Positions 19,509 through 26,648 of a DNA stretch of 64,000 bases are shown one piece after another; positions within the stretch are counted from its first letter, which is position 1; every line of letters begins with the position of its first letter. This stretch comes from Bacillota bacterium (lineage in GTDB: Bacteria; Bacillota; Clostridia; Christensenellales; UBA1242). The notes beneath the pieces are model-generated. The model was not told where the DNA came from, did not search any database, and saw only the letters and a list, made by a program, of their open reading frames with translations. The stretch spans positions 129,698-193,697 of the forward strand of contig WRCD01000001.1 of assembly GCA_009784185.1 (NCBI GenBank), read 5' to 3'. The translations under genes were made by a program, and so were the position numbers.

Positions 19509-21083
19509 ATGTATTTAGCATTATACCGTAAATACCGGCCGGAGGTCTTTGAGGATTTAATCGGGCAGGAGCATATTACAAAAACGCTGGTTAATCAAAT
19601 AGCCATGGGTCAGGTCGGGCACGCCTATTTGTTTTGCGGAAGCCGCGGTACCGGCAAAACTACGGCAGCAAAGGTGTTTAGCAGGGCAATTAACTGCCAG
19701 AGCCCAAAATCGGGCAGCCCTTGCGGCAAATGTGCGGCGTGCAAAGCTTTAAGTGACCCGAGCAACATGGACATTATTGAGATTGACGCTGCCAGCAACA
19801 ACAGGGTAGACGAGGTGCGGGATATCCGCGAAAAGGCTAAATATCCTCCGGTGTCCGGAAAGTACAAGGTGTATATTATAGACGAAGTGCATATGCTTAC
19901 CGAAAGCGCTTTTAATGCTTTGCTTAAAACGCTGGAAGAGCCTCCAAAGCATGCTGTGTTTATTTTGGCAACAACCGAAGCACATAAGCTGCCGTCCACA
20001 ATTTTAAGCAGAGTGCTCAGGTTTGATTTTAAGCTGCTGGCGCGCACAGATATTGAAAAGCTGCTTAAAAAAGTGTTTAAGTCTGCGGGCATAACCTGTG
20101 ACGAGGCGGCGCTTAGTGCAATAGCTGTTGCTGGCGAAGGCTCGGTACGGGATGCGCTGTCTGTAGCCGATATGGTGGCCGCCTATAGCAACAACAACAT
20201 TACTTACAATGCCGTGCTGGAGGTGCTTGGCTCAGGCGACAAAAACACGATAATTGATATCAGCCGTGCAATTTTAGGCGGGAATGTAGCCGGCTTTGTA
20301 GACTTAGTTAATGTTTATAATTCCGCAGGCAGAAATCTGCAGGCACTGGTTAAGGACCTGACGGCACATTTTTATCAGCTGATTATGATAAAAACCTTGC
20401 CGGAAGCTAACAAAACATTGCTGCTGCCTAAAGAGGTTTTTGTGGAAATGCAGAAAGATTGTGCAGCGGATGCGGCATTGCTTAATGAGTGTATGCAGAC
20501 ATTTAATAAAGCCGGGCTGGAACTGAAGTTTGCGCCGGACCCGCTGCTTTGTTTAACTGCCGCAGGGCTGGGAATTATGCTTGGCGGCGATAAAAAAAAA
20601 CGGGTGATTGATAATTCCCCTCTTGAGAGGGGTGTCGGCAAAGCCGACGGGGTGTGTTTAAACAAAGTTTCTGCGCCGCCTTTGGCGGCGACTACCCCGT
20701 CTGCTTCGCTTTGCTCGCATCCACCCCTTCGCGAGCAAAGGGGAATTGGTTTGGCGGAGGCCAATGGTGACGCTCGCAAGATTTGGGGGCAGGTGTTGCA
20801 GGAGCTGGACAAAAAGCAATGTATGCTGCTTTACCCCATTTGCGGAAAGATTAGTAACGTGTATATAAACGGCAATAATTTTGTTGTTGCAGCAGGAAGC
20901 GCTGCCGAGCAGAAACTGCTAAAAAAAGAGCAAAACTACAACGATTTGGTAGCAGCTTTTGCCGGAATCGGATATAATTACAATATCGTGATTGAAGTTG
21001 GGCTAAATATAAAGACTCAAACCAAAAACACCGAAGACATATTAAAAGAAAAGTTAGGCGATATATTAAAAATAAAGGAGTAA
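19509..21083 (+). CDS. dnaX: DNA polymerase III subunit gamma/tau
   Basis: Start is MYLALYRKYRPEVFEDLIGQEH, with an AAGGAGGA SD. Walker A GSRGTGKTT, zinc module CGKCAAC, DEVHML and SRV motifs are present. The ORF-track start at 19446 is an unsupported extension. Confidence 0.92.
   Translation: MYLALYRKYRPEVFEDLIGQEHITKTLVNQIAMGQVGHAYLFCGSRGTGKTTAAKVFSRAINCQSPKSGSPCGKCAACKALSDPSNMDIIEIDAASNNRVDEVRDIREKAKYPPVSGKYKVYIIDEVHMLTESAFNALLKTLEEPPKHAVFILATTEAHKLPSTILSRVLRFDFKLLARTDIEKLLKKVFKSAGITCDEAALSAIAVAGEGSVRDALSVADMVAAYSNNNITYNAVLEVLGSGDKNTIIDISRAILGGNVAGFVDLVNVYNSAGRNLQALVKDLTAHFYQLIMIKTLPEANKTLLLPKEVFVEMQKDCAADAALLNECMQTFNKAGLELKFAPDPLLCLTAAGLGIMLGGDKKKRVIDNSPLERGVGKADGVCLNKVSAPPLAATTPSASLCSHPPLREQRGIGLAEANGDARKIWGQVLQELDKKQCMLLYPICGKISNVYINGNNFVVAAGSAAEQKLLKKEQNYNDLVAAFAGIGYNYNIVIEVGLNIKTQTKNTEDILKEKLGDILKIKE
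20613..20747. repeat. GGGGAATT-family repeat, inverted pair, embedded in-frame in dnaX
   Basis: AATTCCCCTCttgaGAGGGGT-GTCGGCaaaGCCGAC-GGGGTGTG ... CCCCGTC...CCACCCCTTcgcgagcaAAGGGGAATT. The architecture matches the intergenic copies. Confidence 0.8.
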
Positions 21084-21087
21084 ACTT

Positions 21088-21402
21088 ATGTTTAACGGAG
21101 CAAATATGCAGCAATTAATGAAGCAGGCAAGAGCAATGCAGGAGCAGATGGAGCGCGACAAGCAGGAGCTGGAAGAGAGTGAGGTTACCGGTACCGCAGG
21201 CGGCGGGGCGGTTTCTGTAAAGATAAACGGCAGAAGAGAGGCCCTTGAGGTTAAAATTAAGCCCGAGGTGGTGTCGGGTGACGATGTTGAAATGCTTGAG
21301 GATTTGGTTATGGCTGCGGTTAATGATGCAAATGCGCAGATTGATGAAATTGCCGAGAGACTATCGCCAAAGCTTCCCGGCGGAATGAATATACCGTTTT
21401 AA
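21088..21402 (+). CDS. ybaB: YbaB/EbfC family nucleoid-associated protein
   Basis: 104 aa with MQQLMKQARAMQEQM...GGGAVSVKINGRREALEVKI, in the conserved dnaX-ybaB-recR order. Confidence 0.9.
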   Translation: MFNGANMQQLMKQARAMQEQMERDKQELEESEVTGTAGGGAVSVKINGRREALEVKIKPEVVSGDDVEMLEDLVMAAVNDANAQIDEIAERLSPKLPGGMNIPF

Positions 21403-21410
21403 GGCAGGAC

Positions 21411-22004
21411 ATGAAAAACTTTGTTGAGCCGATTGAGCGGCTGATAAATGAATTTAGCAAGCTTCCCGGTGTTGGAACCAAAACGGCGGGGCGGTTTGCG
21501 TATAGTATTATTAACCGCACGGATACGGAGGTGCGGGAGTTTGCTAAAGCGCTTACAGACGCCAAAACCAAGGTTAGGTATTGCAATATCTGCGGCAATT
21601 TTACAGATAAAGAAACCTGCAGCGTCTGTGTTGCCAGAGACCATAGTATTATATGTGTTGTGGCAGAACCCAAAGATGTGCTGGCACTTGAAAAGGTGCG
21701 CAGCTACAACGGCAGTTATCATGTGCTTCATGGCGTGCTTAGTCCGCTAGACGGCAAGGGCGCAGATGACATAAGGCTTAAAGAATTGCTGGCAAGGCTA
21801 AACGGCGGCAAAACGCAAGAGATTGTGCTGGCAACGCCTACTAATGTAGAAGGCGAAGCAACCGCAATGTATATAGCAAAGCTTATTAAGCCGCTGGGGA
21901 TAAAGGTAACCAGAATTGCCCAGGGTATATCCTTAGGCACCGAGCTGGAATACGCCGACGAGGTTACGCTGACCAGAGCGCTGAGCGATAGGAGAGAGAT
22001 TTAG
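21411..22004 (+). CDS. recR: Recombination protein RecR
   Basis: LPGVGTKTAGRFAY HhH motif, a C4 zinc finger (CNICGN...CSVC) and a Toprim region (VVAEPKDVLALE). Confidence 0.92.
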   Translation: MKNFVEPIERLINEFSKLPGVGTKTAGRFAYSIINRTDTEVREFAKALTDAKTKVRYCNICGNFTDKETCSVCVARDHSIICVVAEPKDVLALEKVRSYNGSYHVLHGVLSPLDGKGADDIRLKELLARLNGGKTQEIVLATPTNVEGEATAMYIAKLIKPLGIKVTRIAQGISLGTELEYADEVTLTRALSDRREI

Positions 22005-22060
22005 TAAGATTCCCCTTTTTTGTTGCCCAAAACTTTTTTGAAAAACTTTTGATTTTGGTA

Positions 22061-22091
22061 TTGACAAATGCGTAGGGGGGGGGGCTATAAT
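22061..22091 (+). promoter_or_regulatory. Sigma-70-type promoter with a G10 tract in a 19-bp spacer
   Basis: TTGACA (22061-22066), 19 bp containing G10 (22075-22084), then TATAAT (22086-22091). An AAAGGAGA SD and the ATG at 22122 follow. Confidence 0.7.
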
Positions 22092-22121
22092 AGACACATA
22101 GACCAAAAGGAGAAACAAAAT

Positions 22122-22745
22122 ATGATTAAAGAATTGATTTTTATAATTGACACTTCTAGTGATTCGGGGAGCAGGGCTAGAGAAGTAATGACGGCGGAAA
22201 CGGTTAATGTGGCTATGAGCATGGTCTGTAAAGACTTAGCTGATTTTTCAGGCTCAGTTCATCCGGAGGTGGAGCCGCGGCTTTCTATTTACCACAGTGT
22301 GTGGGATATGGAGCCACTGAGAAGCAAGGTCAACAATTGTCCATGGGCGGCGGCACCTGAGGCTGCCGAGAGAAATAAGTTTAACAAAGCGAAAATTAAT
22401 TTTGTAGGAAATCCAATGCTTGACGGTGCAATATTGGCGCTTGCAGAAAAACTTGAGGAAAAAGCAAACGCAGGCGGTTACGATTCAGGCATATGCGCGC
22501 CCGAAATTTTTGTGCTTGCCGGTGAGGCAGTAAACATGGATATGTTTTTTAGAACTGTTGAAAAGGCTGCGGAAAGAAGCCGCTTGATTAAACACTCAAG
22601 GGTTAGCGCAGTTTATATAGGCAACGATGCAGGTGCTCTGTATAAACAGATAGGCACAGGCACTAAGAAATGGAAAGACAAGTGGGCAGGAAAGGCAACA
22701 GCAATTGAGCCGCAAGGCGGCGCCGGAACCATGGACAAGAAATAA
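22122..22745 (+). CDS. Hypothetical protein, vWA/TerY-like fold with a degenerate MIDAS (tentative)
   Basis: The SD sits 8 nt upstream. LIFIIDTSSDSGS ... PRLSIYHSVWD ... GNPMLDGAILALAEKL ... PEIFVLAGEAVNMD ... VSAVYIGNDAG follows the vWA beta-alpha-beta order, but the metal-binding residues are replaced. Confidence 0.45.
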   Translation: MIKELIFIIDTSSDSGSRAREVMTAETVNVAMSMVCKDLADFSGSVHPEVEPRLSIYHSVWDMEPLRSKVNNCPWAAAPEAAERNKFNKAKINFVGNPMLDGAILALAEKLEEKANAGGYDSGICAPEIFVLAGEAVNMDMFFRTVEKAAERSRLIKHSRVSAVYIGNDAGALYKQIGTGTKKWKDKWAGKATAIEPQGGAGTMDKK

Positions 22746-22753
22746 TTTTTAAA

Positions 22754-22797
22754 CCGCCCCGGCGCTATGCGCCACCCCTCCAAGGAGGGGAATTTTT
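22754..22797. repeat. GGGGAATT-family repeat, single unit (terminator-like)
   Basis: CCGCCCC-[GGCGC-tat-GCGCC]-A-[CCCCTCC-aa-GGAGGGG]-AATTTTT, directly after the stop at 22745. Confidence 0.85.
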
Positions 22798-22858
22798 ATT
22801 TTACACATATTTTTTGCATAAAGCATATACATTGTTAAGTTTTGTTACAGGAGTGCAA

Positions 22859-23386
22859 GTGTTGGAGAGTTACAACGACTTTTTGCTGTTAGACAATAAT
22901 ACATATTCTCAAATGGAGCGGGCATATGCGCAGAGCATAGCTCCGCAAAGCGTAGTTCCGCCAATTGTTTCAAAAGTGGTCCCGGTTATTGCCTGGGAGG
23001 CGCTGCGCCTTATTTTTTATGGGCTGAAGCACACGCATTTTAATTTAAATCAGTTAACCAGGTTTGCGGGCCGCGGCACCACCAAAGAAAAGATTTTATT
23101 AAATGTGATTAAAATTGAACGGCAGCTTGCTATGCTCCATAGGTTGTATCACCAAAAAACCGGCACGGAATGCGTGTTTAATTTTATTGCTCCAAAGCAG
23201 GCACCAAATAATTGCACTGCATTACGGGCGGCAATAGATACTCAACTGGACGTGTTTAAAACCATGTTTGAGCTATACAAAAACGAAACAAACGCTGAAT
23301 CTAAAGCTATGCTGGAATCCGGCATAACCGAAGCGCATGAAGTGCTGAAAAATTTAACCAGTATGGTTTGTGCGGTAAGGTATTAA
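22859..23386 (+). CDS. Hypothetical protein (helical, no recognised domain)
   Basis: GTG start with a GGAG SD 6 nt upstream; the ORF-track TTG at 22814 has no SD. No motif was recognised. Confidence 0.5.
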   Translation: MLESYNDFLLLDNNTYSQMERAYAQSIAPQSVVPPIVSKVVPVIAWEALRLIFYGLKHTHFNLNQLTRFAGRGTTKEKILLNVIKIERQLAMLHRLYHQKTGTECVFNFIAPKQAPNNCTALRAAIDTQLDVFKTMFELYKNETNAESKAMLESGITEAHEVLKNLTSMVCAVRY

Positions 23387-23402
23387 GGTTGTTGTCGTCG
23401 CT

Positions 23403-23528
23403 AAAATTCCCCTCTATAAGAGGGGTGGCAATCACGAAGTGATTGACGGGGTGTGGATAACGAAAAGTCTGTATGACAACCACACCCCGCCTCGCAGGCT
23501 CGGCACCCCTCTTATAGAGGGGAATTTT
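23403..23528. repeat. GGGGAATT-family repeat, complete inverted pair
   Basis: AAAATTCCCCTCTataAGAGGGGT-GCAATCACgaaGTGATTGAC-GGGGTGTGG ... CCACACCCC-GCCTCGcagGCTCGGC-ACCCCTCTtatAGAGGGGAATTTT. Confidence 0.9.
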
Positions 23529-23580
23529 ATATGGCAAATCATTAGGAGCAAAACTTTTTTAAAAACTTTTGATTTTAGTA

Positions 23581-23611
23581 TTGACAAGTTCGGGGGGGGG
23601 GGCGCTATAAT
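23581..23611 (+). promoter_or_regulatory. Sigma-70-type promoter with a G11 tract in a 19-bp spacer (duplicate of the 22061 module)
   Basis: TTGACA (23581-23586), 19 bp containing G11 (23592-23602), then TATAAT (23606-23611). About 40 bp upstream and the 5'UTR are near-identical to the 22028-22124 module. Confidence 0.7.
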
Positions 23612-23641
23612 GGATGTATAAACCAAAAGGAGAAAAATAAA

Positions 23642-24214
23642 ATGAATATAGAACAAAGAGCGGACAGAATTATTGAAACCAGCAATAAGTATGTTGTAAG
23701 GCCTTCTGACCCGGATAGTTTTGGCAAGTTTAGTATCACAGATAAAAAAACCGGAGTTGATATGTCTGCAAAACTGGACAAGGACAGCAAGCGAGAGATA
23801 GTTTATAATGATATGATTAGAAACTTGTGCAGCGTAAAGAAATATTCTACAGATGGAACTCAAGATAGTTATGACAAAATTATGCTAGAAAATATGTTGC
23901 CTAATTTTGACGTATTGGCTGCAATGATTAACAAAGATTTAGGCAATGGCTCAATAGACACACAACCCATATTTAAGTATTTTGACGAGTGTAAATTTAA
24001 ATACACAGATGAATTAATACGAGGAATGTTCACTTCATCAATCTCGTATGGGCCGGAAAGGTTTTTGATTTTTGCAAATTACCATAACAATAATCCGGAC
24101 ATAAAACGAGTTTCAGATGCAAGTTGTAAAGGTCCGTCCGGCATTATACCCAACCCAACCAGAGTGAATTTTAAGGTGGAGAGAGCGCCTGCGGCCAAAG
24201 TTAAACTTCCTTAA
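23642..24214 (+). CDS. Hypothetical protein
   Basis: An AAAGGAGA SD precedes the ATG. 190 aa, no recognised motif. Confidence 0.55.
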   Translation: MNIEQRADRIIETSNKYVVRPSDPDSFGKFSITDKKTGVDMSAKLDKDSKREIVYNDMIRNLCSVKKYSTDGTQDSYDKIMLENMLPNFDVLAAMINKDLGNGSIDTQPIFKYFDECKFKYTDELIRGMFTSSISYGPERFLIFANYHNNNPDIKRVSDASCKGPSGIIPNPTRVNFKVERAPAAKVKLP

Positions 24215-24216
24215 AC

Positions 24217-24259
24217 CACCCCGCCCTTCGGGCACCCCTCCAAGGAGGGGAATTTTTTT
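24217..24259. repeat. GGGGAATT-family repeat, single unit (terminator-like)
   Basis: CCACCCC-[GCCC-ttc-GGGC]-A-[CCCCTCC-aa-GGAGGGG]-AATTTTTTT, immediately after the stop at 24214. Confidence 0.85.
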
Positions 24260-24296
24260 GAGTTCTATCCAGGGGGTTGCCAGCAATGATAACTGG

Positions 24297-25175
24297 CTAG
24301 CCCGGCAAAAATACTTTCAGTCCGCCTGCAACAACTTTTGCTTCAAACGGTGCGTTGTCGTATAGTTCGCCGTCGGTTTCAAGCAGCTCCGGGCTGCCAA
24401 GGGTTTTTATGCTTACAGTTTTGCACATAACTTCTTCTGCCCAATCTTCTCCAAGATGTTTGCCGCGCAAAAGCTTAAGCAATAAAAGCGGGATGCGTAT
24501 TTTCTTAATCTTTTTTATCATAACCAGATTAATTAAGCCATCGGTAATATCGGAGCGCGGGCTAACGGGGATTCCTCCTCCAAACCCGCTGCCGTTGCAG
24601 CACGCGGCCAAAACGTATTCGCCTTTATATTCTTTGTCGTCTGCTTTAATATGAAATTTGTAAAACTTAAAACACAGCAATGTAATTAGCAGTGCCAGCA
24701 TATAAGCAATCTTGCCGCGGAATACTTTAGCGTTGTTGTATTTAATTAACACCTCGGTATCCAAGCCGGTTGAAACTACATTAATGCTTTTCAGCTTGCC
24801 GCATTCAATGTAGTCTATGCTTCCGGTTTTGGCTTTTAATATGTCTTCAAAGGCTGCTACAGCCTCAAGCTTTAAACCCATCATTTTGGCAAAATCATTG
24901 CCGCTGCCGCTCGGCACAAACCCGACCGTAGTGTTTTTAAAGTCGGCAATACCTGCCAGCGCTTCGTTAAAGGTGCCGTCCCCGCCCATTACAACCAGGT
25001 TGCATGATTTGCCGCCGGAAGTGAGCTTAGCTGCAATATCGGTCATATGTTTGCTTTTTTCTGAAAAGTACATACGGTGTTCAATGCCGTTTTCTTTTAA
25101 ATAGTTATAAAGCAGAGCAATCTGCTTCCGGCTTTTTCTGCCGCCCGCTTTGGGGTTGATGACTATGTGGTACAT
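24297..25175 (-). CDS. Diacylglycerol/lipid kinase family protein (YegS/DagK-like)
   Basis: MYHIVINPKAGG N-terminus, the GGDGT motif (VVMGGDGTFNEA) and GSGNDFA. Confidence 0.85.
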   Translation of the reverse strand: MYHIVINPKAGGRKSRKQIALLYNYLKENGIEHRMYFSEKSKHMTDIAAKLTSGGKSCNLVVMGGDGTFNEALAGIADFKNTTVGFVPSGSGNDFAKMMGLKLEAVAAFEDILKAKTGSIDYIECGKLKSINVVSTGLDTEVLIKYNNAKVFRGKIAYMLALLITLLCFKFYKFHIKADDKEYKGEYVLAACCNGSGFGGGIPVSPRSDITDGLINLVMIKKIKKIRIPLLLLKLLRGKHLGEDWAEEVMCKTVSIKTLGSPELLETDGELYDNAPFEAKVVAGGLKVFLPG

Positions 25176-25195
25176 GGGCTTGCTCCTAGTATAAT

Positions 25196-25242
25196 AATTC
25201 CCCTCTATAAGAGGGGTGCCGAGTTTACGAGGCGGGGTGTGG
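25196..25242. repeat. GGGGAATT-family repeat, single unit (opposite orientation)
   Basis: AATTCCCCTCTataAGAGGGGT-GCCGAGtttaCGAGGC-GGGGTGTGG, between divergent genes. Confidence 0.85.
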
Positions 25243-25328
25243 TTGCCATTTAATGGAGGCCAACTTAATTCTACAACAAACGCTTAAAATTTACTACTGT
25301 TTTTAATTCATTGTGATATAATTAAGGC

Positions 25329-26648
25329 ATGAAAATGGTTATATCGCCTACATTAAACAGGCTTGCAGAAGTTTTTGACGGAATCAATGCTCCGCTATAT
25401 ATTGTAGGAGGTTATGTTCGTAATGCAGCCCTTGGATTTGTTGATACCGATGTTGACATATGCAGCAGCCTTAGGCCGGAGCAGGTAAAGAGTTTGCTGA
25501 AAGGTACGGGATTTACTTCAACCGTTGTGCACGCTAAGCTGGGTACGCTGCTCATTAAAAGCAGGTTTGCGCCCGAGAGTTATGAGTATACGCCGTTCAG
25601 AGCTGAGGATTATCCTGAGGGCGGATGTCATATGCCCGATAAGGTTGAATTTATAACAGACGTCACCGAGGACGCAAAGCGGCGTGATTTTACTTCTAAT
25701 TGCATTTATTACGAGATTAAGTACGGAGTAATAGTTGACCCATACGGCGGATTGGCGGACATAAAGAGCCGCCTGTTAAAGTGTATAGAGAAGCCGGAAT
25801 TTGTGTTTAAGAGTGACGGGCTTAGAATACTGCGGTTGTTGCGTATGGGTGCGGAGCTCGGTTTTGACTTGGAAGAAAACTCTTTTAGGGTGGCTAAAAA
25901 ATTGGTGTCTCAACTAAAAGACATTACCCGCGAGCGGTTTCATAAAGAAGTGCTTGGTATGCTATATGCAGATTACAGGTATACGGGGCTGTCTAAAAAA
26001 TTTGCTCATTTTACGGCCATGCAGAATGTAACTGCGCTTGGCGCATGGAGTTATGTGCTGCCGGAGCTTTTAAAGTACGACGGCATTAAACGCGCTAAGA
26101 ATAACCCGAATGAAATTAAATTAGCTAAGGATGCCTTTGTAACGCTTAAACAGGCACCGCCGGAATTGCGGCTTTCTGCCTTGGTTTATGACTTGTCGGT
26201 TGCGCTTGGCAACTTAAGAGTAAACTACCAGTTTATAGATGATGTTTTGGGGCTTAAGGGCCTGATGATTAAAAAGGACGAAATAAAGGCTGCAACCGAC
26301 CTGCTGCGTGCAAGCAGACAGGCCAAAACCGGGTTTGCCAGTCCGCGCGACGAAACGATTTTTATTGCCAAAAACTATAAGTTAATGCCGAAGCTGCTGG
26401 AGTGGCAGCGTATAAGGGGGATACCCAGCAACCTTGCGGTAAGGTATAATATTATGGTGGTTGAATCGGCTCCCATGACCTTAAAAGACCTGGCCATAAA
26501 CGGCAACGACATAAAAGAACACTTTCCGTTAATGAAGCCGAGGCTATATTCGTTTTTCCTAAATATGTGTCTGGAGGTGGCAGCAGCCAGGCCGGAACTG
26601 AATACAAAGAAAAATCTGATAAAATTTATAAAGGATAACAACCTGTAA
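25329..26648 (+). CDS. cca: CCA-adding enzyme / poly(A) polymerase family tRNA nucleotidyltransferase
   Basis: Motifs GGYVRN, DTDVDI and RRDFTSN of class II nucleotidyltransferases. Confidence 0.8.
   Translation: MKMVISPTLNRLAEVFDGINAPLYIVGGYVRNAALGFVDTDVDICSSLRPEQVKSLLKGTGFTSTVVHAKLGTLLIKSRFAPESYEYTPFRAEDYPEGGCHMPDKVEFITDVTEDAKRRDFTSNCIYYEIKYGVIVDPYGGLADIKSRLLKCIEKPEFVFKSDGLRILRLLRMGAELGFDLEENSFRVAKKLVSQLKDITRERFHKEVLGMLYADYRYTGLSKKFAHFTAMQNVTALGAWSYVLPELLKYDGIKRAKNNPNEIKLAKDAFVTLKQAPPELRLSALVYDLSVALGNLRVNYQFIDDVLGLKGLMIKKDEIKAATDLLRASRQAKTGFASPRDETIFIAKNYKLMPKLLEWQRIRGIPSNLAVRYNIMVVESAPMTLKDLAINGNDIKEHFPLMKPRLYSFFLNMCLEVAAARPELNTKKNLIKFIKDNNL

Noticed and set aside
22068-22121. The poly-G tract as a coding-region phase switch in the longer ORF starting at ATG 22068 (MRRGGGYNR...).
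   Set aside because: The extension has no SD and would overlap a perfect TTGACA/TATAAT pair. The paralogous module at 23581 has no in-frame upstream ATG, whereas both modules have a strong AAAGGAGA SD before the downstream ATG. Promoter-spacer placement is the consistent reading.
23432-23863. The 143-aa minus-strand ORF spanning the repeat pair, the poly-G promoter and the 5' end of gene 23642.
   Set aside because: It reads through a repeat element and a homopolymer and overlaps a better-supported plus-strand gene that has an SD. It is a shadow ORF.
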